DNA of 64,000 bases from Lama glama (taxonomy: Eukaryota). Below are positions 1 through 13,864 of this stretch, piece by piece. The stretch covers positions 10,788,001 through 10,852,000 of the forward strand of contig CM052816.1 in NCBI GenBank assembly GCA_028534125.1. The letters run 5' to 3'. A program made the position numbers and the translations under genes. How positions within the stretch are numbered: the first letter of the stretch is position 1; the number at the start of each line of letters is the position of its first letter. The notes beneath the pieces are model-generated. The model ran no database searches. It saw nothing but the letters and a program-made list of their open reading frames with translations, and had not been told where the DNA came from.

Positions 1-59
1 TGGATAAGATAATCACAGAAGGAACACACAAGCTCCAGGTCTGAAGGCTTATTTGTAAC

Positions 60-366
60 CAAGTCATCATAAACTATGCTGGAATAACTTGACCTAGTCT
101 TGTGGGATCAGGGCAGGCCTCCCGGAGAAAGTGACCTTTAAGCTAAGGCTTGGGGTGAAACAGCCATGTCAGGTAGAGGGAGCAAACATCATAAAGCAAA
201 GCCATGAGGGAGAGAGGCATGCATCACTTTGGAGAAAAGGGAGTAGGGCTGAGAAGCATGATCAAATGGAAAGATGGCATCAGGTGGAGCCAGGAATGAA
301 GTAGGGACCAGATCAGGCAGGACCAACCTAAGATCAAGGAAAAGCTTTTGTGGAGTTTTAAGCAGT
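60..366 (-). mobile_element. L2 fragment
   Basis: TCAGGGCAGGCCTCCCGGAGAAAGTGACCTTTAAGCT...GGAGTTTTAAGCAG. Confidence 0.65.
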
Positions 367-733
367 GTCCGCTGGTGAGATGATGATGACAGAGTCACCC
401 AAAAGGGCATATATACATTCCTGTTGCTCAGTCTATTTTCCTGTATCTCATCTGTCCTTCGAGTTATTGGCTCCTAACTCCAGAGTGACGTGGAAAGATT
501 TAAGTCATAATCAATCTGAGTTACTAGCAAAGGAAATGAACCAATTCCTTTGAAGTCACATATACTGATAGGAAGTTACCAACCAAGCTGGGTCTGTGCA
601 TGTGAGAGGCTGGTTGCTGGTAGATTTATATGCTTTTAATATTTCCTTGGAGGCAGTAGAGTACAGGTGAGATCCTGCTGATTCTTCTTGTCCCACACTC
701 TTTCCCCGTTTGTCAGTGGATACTTACTTGTGG

Positions 734-1255
734 ATTCATTTCTTCATTCATTCAACATACATTTATAAATTGACTTATAATCTAGTTGGAGACAGAAGAT
801 AGTCAATAAATTGCAATACAAGATCAACAGAGGCAAGAGCCATAAAATATTTGTTAAATGGAGCAGAGATTTCAGAGGAAGAGAGGATCCCTTCTAGTTT
901 GTTAGAAGGAGGCAAGAGGTGGGTTTGGATCAGGAAAGGTTTATAGATGAGGCAACATTTGATATGAACCTTGAGGGATGCAGGAGTAAATAGGTAGATA
1001 TAGGGAGTGCAAGTAAGAAAGAGACAACTTTTGCAAAGAAAGAGAACAGTGAATGAAGATGCAGAGAAAGTAGAGGATGGAATAAAAAGTCCAGCTGAGT
1101 TTACACCTATGTGAAGGAAGGTTCTTGAAAGATAAATGAGGGTCAGATGGGAAAAACCTCAAAGGCTTCTAAAGAGAGCTGGTAGAGGTCACCAGTGGGA
1201 AGCTATGGAAATTTTTCAGCTGAGAAGTGATATGACTGAAAGGTGAGGAATCTAC
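734..1255 (-). mobile_element. L2 3' fragment
   Basis: Starts TTCATTCATTCAACATACATTTAT, then purine-rich antisense L2 text. Confidence 0.7.
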
Positions 1256-1399
1256 CAGGGTGTGGAGGTGGAGAGATGGCACCAGAGCTCCTGGTGCCTC
1301 AGGCTCATGGCATCAGGCACGTTGGCCTGATGTCTGAATGAATCCGTTGGGTCCAGACCTTGGCAAGCATTAGTACAGCCTAGAGAATTGGTCCCGAGT

Positions 1400-1520
1400 C
1401 CCCCTGCAACCCCACTGTGTGAAAGTCATTGGGGAGCATATCTGAGCATTGGGGAACAGCTGTTTTTTTTTAAAGCCCCCTACATGATCCTAATGCAGCC
1501 CAGCATTTGAGAACCACTCT
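1400..1520. mobile_element. MER5-like fragment
   Basis: TTTTAAAGCCCCC..ATGATCCTAATGCAGCCCAGCATTTGAGAACCACT terminus. Confidence 0.6.
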
Positions 1521-1764
1521 TCCCTTCCACCCTACACACAGGACTTACAGATACCATCCAATCCAGTCAAATTGCTGAAGGACCAGCAAAGTTATAACTG
1601 GCTCTTCCTCTCATGTTTATGAACTGGGCCACTTTAGATGATGCTTTTGGAAGCAAAAGCCCTGAACTCAACTAATCCTTTAATATTGATACCAAAATAA
1701 ATTATTATTATGAAATGGGTGGCAGAAACATTTGACTATTGGTCAGAGATAAAACCAACCCTTG

Positions 1765-1930
1765 TAGAGAGGTGCACACAGAGCTTTCTGTATATATACA
1801 CCACGTTGTTAATAGTGATCACTTCATGAAAGTGAGCTTGGGGATGGAGGCAAATTTTTAATTACATGTTTCCATATAGTATTGAAAACATATTTTATAA
1901 TAAGCAAATATTACTTGAGTAATTAAAAAC
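1765..1930 (+). mobile_element. L1ME-like 3' end
   Basis: ATACACCACGTTGTTAATAGTGATCACTTC...AATAAGCAAATATTACTTGAGTAATTAAAAA. Confidence 0.5.
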
Positions 1931-2449
1931 CCTAGCTCAAGACTTTCAAGCAATGTACATAAAAAGGGGAAAGATAATCCTCTGTCTTCAGTGGTGACCA
2001 GGCTACATACGCTGTGACCACCTGTGTCAGAGACTGTCCAGGTCAGGTGGTGAGGAAAAAAAACTCTTAGACTTCCTGGTTAATGACACTGTGAGTGTTT
2101 ACCTTGGGAAAGAGGACCTTTGCAGGATAAGTATCTTAAATGTCATTCTGACTGAGATTTGGGATGACTCACAGCTGGGAGGAGGAGCCAGCAGAGCAAG
2201 ATCTTGACAGTGTAGTTTGATGGGCCAAATCTAATAATAACATGAATTGTATGGAGATTGATGCCAATATCTTCCCTGAAGTCTTATAAAGCCACCTGCA
2301 TGCAGAGAGGGGAGCAGCCCTTAAAAAGCAGCTCATCAGAACAAGCCTGCAGGATCTTAGTTAACTCTCAGGGTGAATCAGAAGAATTCTGTGGGCTGCC
2401 AAGAAAAAGGATATATTTGGTGGAAATCTAGTGTCTAGATTGATTTTTA

Positions 2450-2610
2450 ACCAGTGATATGCATCAAAATCACCTGAGAGTCTTTGTCCAAGTATTTTTC
2501 CAAATATGCTCAGTCCCCACCCTTCACTCTGACTGCATTCCAATCTAGAGGGAGAAGTCGGGACTAAGCACATGGATTTCAGGAATGCTGCCTCCACATA
2601 GCCTCTGATT
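2450..2610. mobile_element. MER5-like fragment
   Basis: TGCATCAAAATCACCTGAGAG...CCCCACCC..TCTGACT. Confidence 0.5.
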
Positions 2611-3074
2611 TTTAAAAATTCATGTAGATCAAGACAGGAGTCACCTCAGATTCTTCATTGTTAAAGGATCTATAATCTGAAATTTTTAATGAATTTCTGG
2701 GGAACACATTTAAAAAAAAGTAACCTGTTTGCCAATTAGAAAAGTAATTTCTGTACAGTATCAGTTTTCATTCTAATTTGAAATCTTACTCAAATTGGTT
2801 TTAAATAAAAGAAGGGTCAAGGTTGTATGCAATGTTTTATAATATGACTTCTTCATTTAATATTCTCATATGAAGTTTTTCCTATGTTCTTCAGCATGAT
2901 TTTTAATACGAGATGTGCAGACTTTACCAGCGTCCTATTATTGTATGTTGTGTATACACAAGCACGTACTTTTTCACTACTATTAATAACACTACATGCT
3001 TGTGTGATACAACACTTGGAAGAGGAATGTTGACACAGTGCCGTGAACAGGATGGTGGGAGTTTCATAATCTGG

Positions 3075-3320
3075 ACATGAGGAACAGATGAAAAAACTTT
3101 AATCTGGAGAAGATTTAGCAGGTTTGGAGAAGGTGGTAAATATCGTCCAATATTTGCAGGGAAATCAAACAGAAAAAGAATTCGATTTGTTTTGCCAGCC
3201 TCAAAGGGACAATTGGGTAAAAATTGCAAGGAAACAGCTTTCAGGGGAAGGTAATGAATCTTCAAATAATTAAGCTTTGAAGGTCTTGCCTGCCCCATCC
3301 TTGGGGATGCTGGAGGGTGA
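3075..3320 (+). mobile_element. CR1/L3 3' fragment
   Basis: ATGAGGAACAGATGAA...TTTAATCTGGAGAAGA...CAATATTTGCAGGG...GATTTGTTTTG...CCCCATCCTTGG follows the order of the L3 consensus. Confidence 0.55.
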
Positions 3321-4229
3321 GTTAGTATTTGTAAAGGAAGTAATTGAGGAGACTCAAATTTCTAATGGGAAGGGAAGGTAAAACGGAGTGACAAACTCCA
3401 CTGGCCCAAGCACTAACCCAACAGTAAATAGGTTTGTTGAGCTAATGGACTCCTCTAAAACAATTTGAATTTCAGATACCTCTGAGCGGAACCTTCACTC
3501 CTCAGTTGGCCATAGGCCAGCCCCTCCTCATTTATTTACCTGCCTGGACTCCTGAAGGCATTGAGTTTCCCACCCCTAGTAGATGGTTTGAATAGCATTC
3601 ATTCAGATGCCTGTTGAGAACCTATTGTGTGCTGGCTTTAGTGCTAGATGCTAGACAAAACAATGACCTTGAAAGCTTCTCTGCCCTCTGGAAGCCTGCA
3701 GTGACAGGGTGAAGGAGGAGGGTAGTGTTGAAAGTGGATTAGAAGAAATGGGAACTCCACTCCAGAAGGTCTATAATCAGGACCACTGGTTTCTGCTAAC
3801 AGTGAGGTGTGTTTTGACTTGCCCCAAAGAGAAGCTTTTGTTACCAAGTTCTCAAGGAAGAAAAGGGACCTTCTTAGAGGCACCACCTTTCCCCTGCCCT
3901 CGAGCAGACTGGTGTAAGCAGAGCCAGCTGGCTCACCCCTCGGGGCTGCTGTACAGGAGATTCTGGGCTTGCAGCAGAAGTAGTACAAATGGCTTTTGTA
4001 TCCCCTTTCTACCTCTTAAGAATGAATCACCCTTGGATTCCATGTAGAGGAGCTACAAAGGAAGCAAGCAGCATTTTAAAAAATCGGTAAATTAGAAAAG
4101 TAACATTGTCAAAAAAAAGTAAAAAGGGACAGGAATGTGGAGTTCTTTTTAGCTGTCTCCTTTTCCTTCAGTGTTTATTTCACAAGTGGATGGTTTTACC
4201 CGCATTCTGTTGCCCATAACTATTTGAAA

Positions 4230-4920
4230 GCAGCATCTATTGAGTGTGTATTTAGTGAGACAGGAGGGAAGTGGGCAGTGGACAACCATTAAAAGAATGG
4301 CATAGCCTTGAGGTTAGGACGTAAACTGATTAGAGCCACTAGACCCAAAGTGGCGGAAGATTTGACTTCCAGTAGAACTTGAGCCCCATTATACTCTCAT
4401 TGTAATATATTGGCATGTTAAATGACACACCCACAGGCTCCGTGACTGTTCTGAGGCTGACCATAAAAGGCCAAAAAGTAGGTGGTGGCCAATCCTGGGA
4501 ATCCCCACCCCTTCCCCAAAATAATTGGAATAATCCTCCCGCTTTTTAGCCTATGAAATTATCCAGGCCATAAAAACAAAATACCCTCCACCTTGGGGCC
4601 GCTCTCCCTTCTGAGAGGGACCCCACTCTATCTAAGGAGTGTGTATCTCCCTGAATACGTCTGCCTTCACTTTCTTATGGCTTGCTCTTGAATTCCTTCC
4701 TGCGCAAAGCTGAGAACCCTCAGTTGCTGGAGGGCATCCCAGGGACTCGCCCAAGACCTGGGACATGACCATCCTCTCGTGCCCCATTTTCCTGCAACAT
4801 TAGTACTAGACTGTGTGGTAAGTGTTCTATGTACAGTAGTCCATTTATCCTCATGAGAGTGAGCCCTGTGTTTTGTAGATGAGGAAACTGAGGTCCAGAG
4901 AGTCCACACTTAGCACATAC
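4230..4920 (-). mobile_element. MIR SINE split by the solo LTR (4230-4255 and 4800-4920)
   Basis: CATCTATTGAGTG..[LTR]..TTTTGTAGATGAGGAAACTGAGG. Confidence 0.7.
4256..4799 (+). mobile_element. Solo LTR, ERV1 (MER41-like), inserted in a MIR
   Basis: TGAGA...CAACA termini with perfect 4-bp TSD TTAG (4252-4255, 4800-4803). Homologous to 23200-23837. Confidence 0.9.
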
Positions 4921-6261
4921 ATGAGCCCTGCTTCTGTCACTGCCATGTGAGCCTCAGCAGGGCTTCATTCAGCACCATCTGCTGCCTTCTCCTGATTGTG
5001 GTGTCTGTCTCCTCTATCCTTTCCACTCCTGTCCCATCTAAATTCTAGCCATCTTGCCAGGGTTCTTCCTCTAGCTCTCACTGTTCTGTCCCCACTTACT
5101 CCTGAGTTCTGCTCTTGCCGTCTGTCAAGGTGCCCTTTGTCCCACCATTTACCCTTCCTGCTGTTGAAACTAGTCCCCTTATCTTTTGATTAGTCCACTA
5201 TTAGGAAGCCAGAGACATTCTGGCCGCAGATTTTCTCATCACCAGCAGAGCAGAGCAGTGGAAAATGGGAGGTTTTGATTTTGTATTAGGAGGTGGAGTC
5301 TTAAAAAGGAAATGCTTTATTGATGCAAAGAAGTTTAAAAAATCATCTTCCCATATGGCTTATTTCAACTCACGGAGGACTCCAGCAGCTGCTGGCACTC
5401 AGCTGGATTTGGCCCCTGCTGATGAGAGCTACAGACATTTCCTTGCCTCTAAATGTGTCTGCCCCTCGACTTCTATAAAGAAAGCATCTTGTTCTGGGAG
5501 CGACATGCTACTTGGTACAAAGTTATAGGAAATTGTGTTTAAAGAAGCTTCTCCTGAGGTTGGGTGTGACATAATACTCACCCTTAGTGATATTTTCAAA
5601 AATATTTGCAAATGATTTAAGCCTCAAATTCTTAGTGTAGCATTTGAGTTGGTATATGGGCTGTGTGTGTGTATGTGTGAGTGAGTGAGTGTGACATACC
5701 CGTACTGTCTGTTATACATATATACACATACGCATGCAACAGTGCAATGTACTAGAGTTTATTTAATCCTCAGAAGAGCCCTATGAAATTGATGCAGTTC
5801 TCATTAGTTCAGTTCAGAGAAGATGGCTCACCCCGCCATGAACAGCTAAGTATTAGAACTAAGGCTCCTCAGGGCTTCTCGTATCCAGAATCTTCACCTC
5901 TGGGCCATCCTGAAGGCGAATTATGTTATTTCGATGCTCTAACAACTGGGACACCATGTAATTGTATACCTTTTCAAGCCCTTTCACATATATTTGGATT
6001 TTATGCTCACCCCTTGAGGTCAGAGAGCCAGGTTTTAATTTCCTTTGTTTTGAGCTAAAAGGAAACAAAGGTCCAGAGAGGTAGTGAGGCCTTCCAAACA
6101 TCACAGAAGTAACTATTTCAGAATAAAATCACCATGTTAATTTAACCCAGATCTCCTAAATCCCAGTTTCTTGCAGCATGCTGATGAGAACACTAATCTG
6201 GGCTCCTGATCCCCTGGGTTAAATTGGACAAGACGTCATCTCAGCCTCTCCAATGACTAGA

Positions 6262-6640
6262 AATTCATTTAGCAAATATTCACTGAATTATTACTGCGTA
6301 GTTTCGGGAGTTGTGCCAAGCCTTAGCGAGGCAGTGATAGACATTGCAGATAGGTCCTGCATTCCTAGAGCTTAAAGTCTAGCAGGGAAGTCAAATGATT
6401 AGACAAATAATTTCTATTAAGTTTGATGTACATGAAGGGAGCATATGGCAGGAGGATGAAAACCATGCCTAAGGTGGAGGTAGGGAACGTAGTTTTTGAG
6501 GCAAAACGATGATTTGAGTAGAGACAAGCCAAGGGAAGCCAATATGGACCAATATAGAGAGAGAATCGTAAAGATCTGAAACCAGCAACTGAGAGATTGT
6601 GGTGATGTGATAGTCAAGTTGAAGTAAAGAGAACACACAA
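6262..6640 (-). mobile_element. L2 3' fragment
   Basis: ATTCATTTAGCAAATATTCACTGA...GGTCCTGCATTCCTAGAGCTTAAAGTCTAG. Confidence 0.65.
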
Positions 6641-6654
6641 ACTTTGCCGAGAAG

Positions 6655-6825
6655 CGAAAGTTCTAATACTGGCTTCAACAGGCACCAGCTGTATGACTTG
6701 GGGCAAATTCCTGATCTCTGAGTTTCTCAGTTTGTAAAGGGAGATGTTAATACAAGCTTTTGTAAGGTTAAGCATCAGGTTTGCAAATAATAAATGCAAA
6801 GCACCCAACCCAGTCCTGGAAAAAG
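6655..6825 (+). mobile_element. MIR SINE
   Basis: CCAGCTGTATGACTTGGGGCAAATT...CTCAGTTTGTAAAGGGAGAT. Confidence 0.7.
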
Positions 6826-6889
6826 GTACCACTGCCCACCTGAAGCTTGAGAGGGAATCACCTTCCTGATTTTTTCCTCACCTTACCCC

Positions 6890-7565
6890 AACACAACAGA
6901 TAGACTGGCAAGTCTTTTCTGTACTCCCCACAAATATCCTGCCAGTTCCTCCATTTATCCCTATTCCCAAACTACAGTGTGAGTCCAAGGGGCCTTCAAC
7001 TCCCACCTGGACTAAGAACACAGCCCCACTCAGTCTCCCTGTCTCCCCTCCCCGCCGACCTCCATATCCATTCTTCACCCCTCAGCTGGAATAATGTTTA
7101 AAAAACATGAAGCACATGTCATCAGGCTGCTTCAAACCCTCCAGTCACCTCCCCTTGTCCTTAGTAGAAAATCTAAACTCCTTATTAAGGCGTGCCTGCT
7201 ATACGGCCACCTCCTGCAATGTGGCCTCATCTGGCACTCTCGCTCACAGAGCTCCACCCACACTGGCTAGCTGCTTCACCCAAGAGGGACAGGCCATCTC
7301 CGCAGAGAGGGTCTTCTCAGACCACTGTGTCTAAACAAAGCCTCCCGTGTTAATTTCTACCAGACTGCCTTATTTCTCTCCTCCTCAGCCATTATTGAAA
7401 TTCATCATTAGACATTTATTTGGGTGCTTACTAGAGTAACTGTCTAGTTTCCCTGCTAAGCTGAAAGTGCTGTGACACTGAACTATTCTGTTAGGGGCCC
7501 AACAAATCGTAGCACATGGCTAGCACAAGATAAGCACTTGGTAGACATTTGCTGAATTAAAGAAA
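6890..7565 (+). mobile_element. L2 3' fragment
   Basis: Pyrimidine-rich L2 body ending TAGCACAAGATAAGCACTTGGTAGACATTTGCTGAATT. Confidence 0.7.
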
Positions 7566-8487
7566 TACAATAAATAATAGTAATTATTGTTCATGAATAC
7601 CTTTCAGGGAGACTGTTACAATGTGTCTAGTTATGAGCATTTGGTAAGGATTTTCTTCTGTCCCCATTATTTGCCTCAGTTTCTGGAGTAGAAAGGCTGG
7701 CAGCCCAGGGGAAGGCTTTATACCTGACAGAGAGGGGGAAGGTCATTGTCACTGGGATCATGGGAGAGAAGTGCCCCCAAAGCCCCTTGACATTGAATCC
7801 ATATACAGTTTCCAGGCAAATCTTTGATACGTTTTTTGCTACGACTCAGGGACCCAGGGACATTCATCACTGGAGAAGTGGGTGCTCACACACACTCCTG
7901 GGTTAGCAGCTGGCATTTCTGCCTCGAGGATTTTACATTTACAAGGTAATAAGAAAAGTGGTATTAGAACCTACAGATGGTCTGTCCGATAGAGATAAAT
8001 GTTGATTGCAAACTCCAGCGTGGAAGTGGGACTGACTAGAAGTGTTACAAGGTAATTTAAGGCCCCATAGCGTGTGTCCCTGGAGATACCTTGGCCAGTC
8101 AGTTCTGTTTTATTTCAGGGAGGAAATAAAACTCTGCCTGATTGGACTTTTCTCCCCCTGACAGAAATGAGTAGTGGTCACGATGAATCATGGAGGCCAA
8201 GGCTACAGGGCTGGCAATGCACACCGAAGTCTGACTTCCCCTCTCTAGATGTGGTCCCTGGACTTGAAATCAGCACCAGGTCTTAGGGCTTGCATCTTGT
8301 TGGATATACAGGATCTCTCAGTTCTTTCAAGGAGGTCTCTTACCACTTAGTGGAGGGGTTCTAAGATGATTTTTCCAAGAGTGTGCATTTAAGAGTAGAG
8401 CATTCAGGACTCAGGAATAGGGAATAAAGGACAAGGCGAATAAAGGAAGTAAAGTGACGGAGTAATAACGTTCAGCAATTGGATTGT

Positions 8488-8680
8488 CTAAAACACTATC
8501 CAATAAAACTTGCTCTCATGATGGAAATACTCTAATTCTGTGCTGTCCAGTATGGCAGCCACTAGTCACATGTGACAACTGCATGCTTCAAATGTTGCTA
8601 TGCAGTGAGGAACTGAATTTTAATTCATATTTGGGTAGCCCCATGGGGCTACTGGTTACCACATTGGACAGCACAAATCT
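8488..8680. mobile_element. MER3 (hAT-Charlie DNA transposon)
   Basis: TCCAATAAAACTT...GATGGAAATACTCTA..CTGTGCTGTCCAGTATGGCAGCCACTAGTCACATGTG...ATTGGACAGCACA. Confidence 0.85.
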
Positions 8681-8789
8681 AAAGTGTTATATGATTGAAA
8701 GAAGAGTAGCAAGAATGATGTTTGGGACACAGAGGTTGAGTGGGAGCATGTAAGGAAAGGTGGCTGAGGAGTTTTAACTAAATGACATG

Positions 8790-9015
8790 TCCCATAGTGA
8801 TTAAACATGTGCACTCTGGTGTGAGACAGATCTGGGCTCAAATCACAGTTCTCCCAAGTTCCGGCTCTGTGATCTTGAGCAAGTCAGTTTCTCCAAGGTT
8901 GACATTTGTCATCTGTAAAATGAGGATAAAAATAGATCCTACTCTCCAGAGTAGTACATCTTCAATAAGGTACTATGAATTATACTAAGTACTTAATACT
9001 GTGCTTGGCACAATT
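8790..9015 (+). mobile_element. MIR SINE
   Basis: GTGATCTTGAGCAAGTCA..CATCTGTAAAATGAGGATAA core. Confidence 0.85.
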
Positions 9016-9323
9016 TATGTCTTTGCAAATTTGGTGTAGTTTCTTTTTTGTGAAATATACTCCTCTTGTGTATTTATACTCATATCTAGACAACAGTGTT
9101 GGTAAGCTTTTTGATCTGAGAGACAGAGGAGGACCAGAAAATTGACTGGACTTATCTGACTATGCAAAAGTATACTTAGAAACAGCAAAATACTGCCGTG
9201 CCTCTTTGGCCATGGATAGCAAGCTCCCCAGTATCTCACGGTGGATGTTCTGTGGAAGGGCAAAGTACTGGACCATTTATAGTAGAATTACAGGATGATC
9301 AAGCAGGAAGGCATCTTAAGGAT

Positions 9324-9450
9324 CAGTGATTCTCAAGCTTTCATGTGCATATAGATCATCTGGGTCTTGTCAGATGGAGGTCTGATTCAGTGGGTCTGGG
9401 TGAGGACAGAGGTTCTGCTGGCCCAGGGGTCCACATGTAGAGTAGCAAGA
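9324..9450. mobile_element. MER5A-like DNA transposon (internally deleted)
   Basis: CAGTGATTCTCAAGCTTT...TCTGATTCAGTGGGTCTGGG...GGTCCACATGTAGAGTAGCA. Confidence 0.75.
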
Positions 9451-12400
9451 TGATTGAGCCCTAAATTCCAGGGTGTAAGACCAATACCCTATATTCTTGA
9501 TGAGGAAATGGAGACCCAGAAGGGAAGACTTGAAGGTCATAGGACAATGAGAAGAGGAGCCAAGGCTAAAACTAACCGCCCATGTAACCTGCTCCAGTGT
9601 CAAGCGCACTTTTGCACTTCCCCTGGCAACTGCAGTCTCTTGCATTACAGGACACTCAGCAGTTTGCAAGTGTCCTTTGGTCCTATACTTCCTGTTCCAT
9701 TTGTCAGCCAAGGATAATGAAGGGTGAAGATTCTGCTGCTTGCCCTCACTAGTCCAGTTAGGGACTACGAGTGAAGCTGGAGCCAAGTTTCAGATGTGCC
9801 AGCTCTTACCCCAGGGCTGCTGCAATTACAGTGGTGCACCTCTGTCACTCTGTTCTCCATCATGAGGGGCTCCAGACTGGATGTGAGGATGGCTGACAAC
9901 TTAAGTCTTGGCAGGGACTTAGTGGTCAGTCTGCGTTTAAGATATCACACAGCAAAAAGCAAACAAACAAAGATTAACAAAGGAGTGGAAAGAGTCAAGT
10001 GTCTCTTCTATGTTGAAAACACAGGATTCTAGAGCAGTTCTCACCAGGGGAGCAGTAGCAGTGTGCTTAGAGTTTGTGCACAAGCCAGTTCCTGGAGTCA
10101 TATGTTTTATTCCTGGGGAGCCTAAAATGAATGTCAGCTCCAAGTGGGAGAGATGGAAACGAAGCGCCAGTGTCAGGGAATAGAAGATGTTTCCTTGATC
10201 GGCATGAACCGCACTGCTCCTTAAAACAACTCAGTGAGAGAGGTTGGAACTTGGAACAATGATCCTTATTACTAACTCTTAAGTGACGTTGGATAAAGGT
10301 GTGTGTGGGTGGGTGGGTGGTGGATGTGTGTGCGTGTGCAGCCCAGGCGTCCACACACACTTACCTCCCTGCTTTCTCATGTGTTCTGTGGCACACGCAC
10401 TTCATATTATCCACCTAATTTCATGTATGTGTTGTTAAGATGAGTGAAATGTTCCCTGCAGGTCTCCCAGAGAATTCTGAAAGATTTGGCCTTTATCTCA
10501 GTGTTATCTCTTTATCTGCTTCAGGGGCCATGGTAGGGTCAGACACTTTTCTAGGTCTTTGCTATCATATGATTTGGATTCTACGAGATAAATGTCAAGA
10601 ACTAGGAATTCAGACTGGTTGAGCTGCTGGTAATTAAATGGACTTCTGGCCTCTGCCTTTTAGGTCTGGGTCACAGATGAAACCAAGTATTTTGAGGTCC
10701 CAGCTTGAATGAGCTGGAAAACACAGCTTTCCCCTGAGACACGTCCTGTGTGCATAATCTCAGTTTGTTGGGATGCTTTGTGAGACTGTAAGGTATCCTT
10801 TAAATAAAATAGCACTTTCAAAACAATTCATTTTTCTCCTAAGGCATAGTGTGTACTCCAGGCATATCTGACTTACCATGTTCCATTGCTATCAACGAAT
10901 TCCTTCTAAAGGTTAATACCACTACAGAACCAGCTGAATAGGTGGGGTTTGGCTAGTGCAAAAACTGAAGTATACTAGATGATGTCACCTCTCCATCTTC
11001 TGCCCAAATATCTTCATAGACAAATGGGAACGATCTATCTGCTTTCCATTTTCAAAACCATTGATTTTTGTAATAATTAGAGAATGAAGTGCTAAACCAG
11101 GCAAAATTCTTTTCCCTCTTTTAAAAACTGCATTTGAGGATCCCAGCTGTTCTAATGGCTTTCTCCAGTTCCAAGGGTAGGGGGCAAATACTCCTTGAGT
11201 CAACATGCCATCACCGCTGGGCAAAGAAAATAGTACATCTGAGGTCTACAGGAAGGTCTGCAGATGACTTGGGGCTCAAATAACACGGGGTCCCCAAATG
11301 GTTTCCCAGTCTTCAACTTTCCATGTAATGAGAGCCGTGGATGTTTCCGAGCACAGTTTGACCTGAGTTCTATTGATCTAGTCATTTGGCTAATCACTCT
11401 CTGCGATTAAATCCTACTCCTTGCAATAAAGTTAATCTCTTCCCGGCACATAAAATTTGACCCCCACAACTTTAAGCGAGGACAATTGCTGTTGTTTACT
11501 CTACCATCTTGGGACCCCAATAGCTTTGTTCGGAAGGCCAAAGCCACTCTTAGAGCTTGAGAAATTGCAACCTCCTCAAATTAAAGTGAGAGCACTTTTC
11601 ACTTCTAGATGCCAAGTCCCCACTAGGCTGCCTCATTCCTACTCGGCCTCATTTCTTCTCTAGAGCCCAGCACAGACTCTGCTCCACTGAACATTATGCT
11701 TTTCCTCAAGCAAGCTGCTTTTGTTTATTGTCAAGGCCATTAGCACATGCTTTTCACTTATTCTGTTGGGCCCTTTTTTTGTTCGAGCTCAAAGAGATTA
11801 GTGTCTGGTCCATAAACCCATCAATTTCAAAAAGTCCACCATCTCTGCCCTATCTTCAGCTCCATCTTTCTAAGGGACTTCTTGTTGCTTCTAAAAAGAA
11901 CCTGATCTTGCCTTTCTAAGCAACCTTGGAAGATTCATTCACTGACTTGACAAATATGGATTGAATCCAAAATCACACAGTTTATACGCGGCAGGCTTAA
12001 ACACGGATGCCTGACACTGTCATTCATATTCCTTACTGTGACCCCAGGCTGACTGGGCTAAGCCTTAGAGTTTTAGGAGCTGCATAGATCACAGGGTTTT
12101 GAGAAGCTTAATTTTCTAGATCTGTTAATGATGACTCAAATTAAGCCACATGAATTACCTAGAATATAACATTTTTCAAACATTTATTCTGTTGTTTTTT
12201 TCTCCCAATATCCAGTGAATATTTCTCTTCACATAGAGAATTTTTAATTAAATGCCTAATTAAAACTGGTTGGATTCTCACTTATAACAGTTCTCAGTTC
12301 TGAATTTAAATTTAATGATGTGTTGAAATATTAATGACCTTTATCTTTAAAAGTGTCTCAGTTGTACCAACGTTAACAAATGGGGCTGATAATACCCAGC

Positions 12401-13864
12401 ACTGTTTTGGAACATGCTCCTACACAAGACATTTGCTTGGGTTTGCATCATTCTAATGGTGCACTGACAAATACCCAGTGGAGGAAAATTTTGCATCACA
12501 AATTGACTGGAGATTTGGTCTCCTAATAAATACTTTAAAAGTGCTGTAATCCAAACTGAGTAATAATAGCTGTAAAGCATTTAGAGGAATTGACAGCATT
12601 GGGCACGTGTTCTATGGAGTAACATTTGGATCAGACAAAGGGAGCGACCCGTAAACTAAGTTCATTCATACTCTCTCTGTTTATCCTCCCTTCTGTGGCA
12701 TGAACATTCCTATGGGTCTGGTTTTAGCTCTGCACATCTTATTAATGTTGACAGTGAAGACAGGAGTAAATTTATCTGAAGTTTAATTCTAAGAGCCATA
12801 TTGGACTCTTTCCAGTTCCCCAGAAGTCCTTTGGGTTCAAAGCATTTGCATAACTCATGATGGTTCTGAGCCTTTGGGGCATAACATGAAGGTTTGGTCT
12901 CTAGTGTGTGTGTGTATGAGTGTGTCCTTTGCAGAAACACCTTGGTACATCACTTCCCACCCCAACCATGACTTGGAGCTCCCAAGCTGAGGGGCAGCTG
13001 TTTACCCATCTCCCAACAAAACCCTACTTGTAGGAAATCCCATGTCTCATCTGGCTAAATAACTTAGACCATATGTTCAGGTCCCAAAGCTTGGGGCTTT
13101 TCGAGCAAGTTCAGATGTGTTTATTTGAATCACCTTGGGGATATTGAAATTCCAAGCACAAATTCATTTTCACATATCTCATTGTCTTCCTTGGATTTGG
13201 TACCTAATGTGAACTTTGGCAGCAGATGGAACGAGAGAGATGATGGTCCGGGAGCACTTACTAATTCTTTTGTGCTCAGGAATACAGACAGATAGTGATA
13301 ATTTGCACTTCAGTGAAACTTCCAGAGTCAGGCAGTGCCCTCAGGTATTGATTTGCCACCCCCTGTTGAGTTCTTGGGTAGAATTTAATTATCCAACAAA
13401 TTTGGGGATAGCTATGCCAGATGTTGGGTATGCTGACCCAGACATTTCAAATGGAGAGAGAGCAGGAAAGCAGTCTGGGGAAATGGGACTCAAAACGGGG
13501 CATGAAACTGGGGACAGGAAATTTGTGATGAGTTCCTCAGAGCCAGATGTTACTCCTCAAACCCCAAGAACTTTTGGGCATTTGTGAGGATTATTCAGGA
13601 AGGTCTGGGAGAAACCCCCAACCCCTGGACTCTGTTAGACAAAGAATCTCATAGTTTAGAACCAGTTGAGGACCAGCTTTTGTCTGTTCACAATAAAACA
13701 AAATTACCCAGTGGATTTGAATGACGGACACAGCTGCTCCTCTCTCTCATTGAGGGGGTTAAGTGGGGCCACTTGGAGCACTAACTCATCTTCAAATTTG
13801 GGCTTACCTATGGGGAAGTTAGTATTGCAATTATACTTTGTCATTAATAAATATATTAATAATA

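Noticed and set aside
2924-3298. 124-aa minus-strand ORF
   Set aside because: It is antisense to a decayed CR1/L3 fragment and has no protein-like features.
4968-4988. REST/NRSF-like TTCAGCACC (also near 8270)
   Set aside because: Only the left half-site is present; the GGACAG half is absent.
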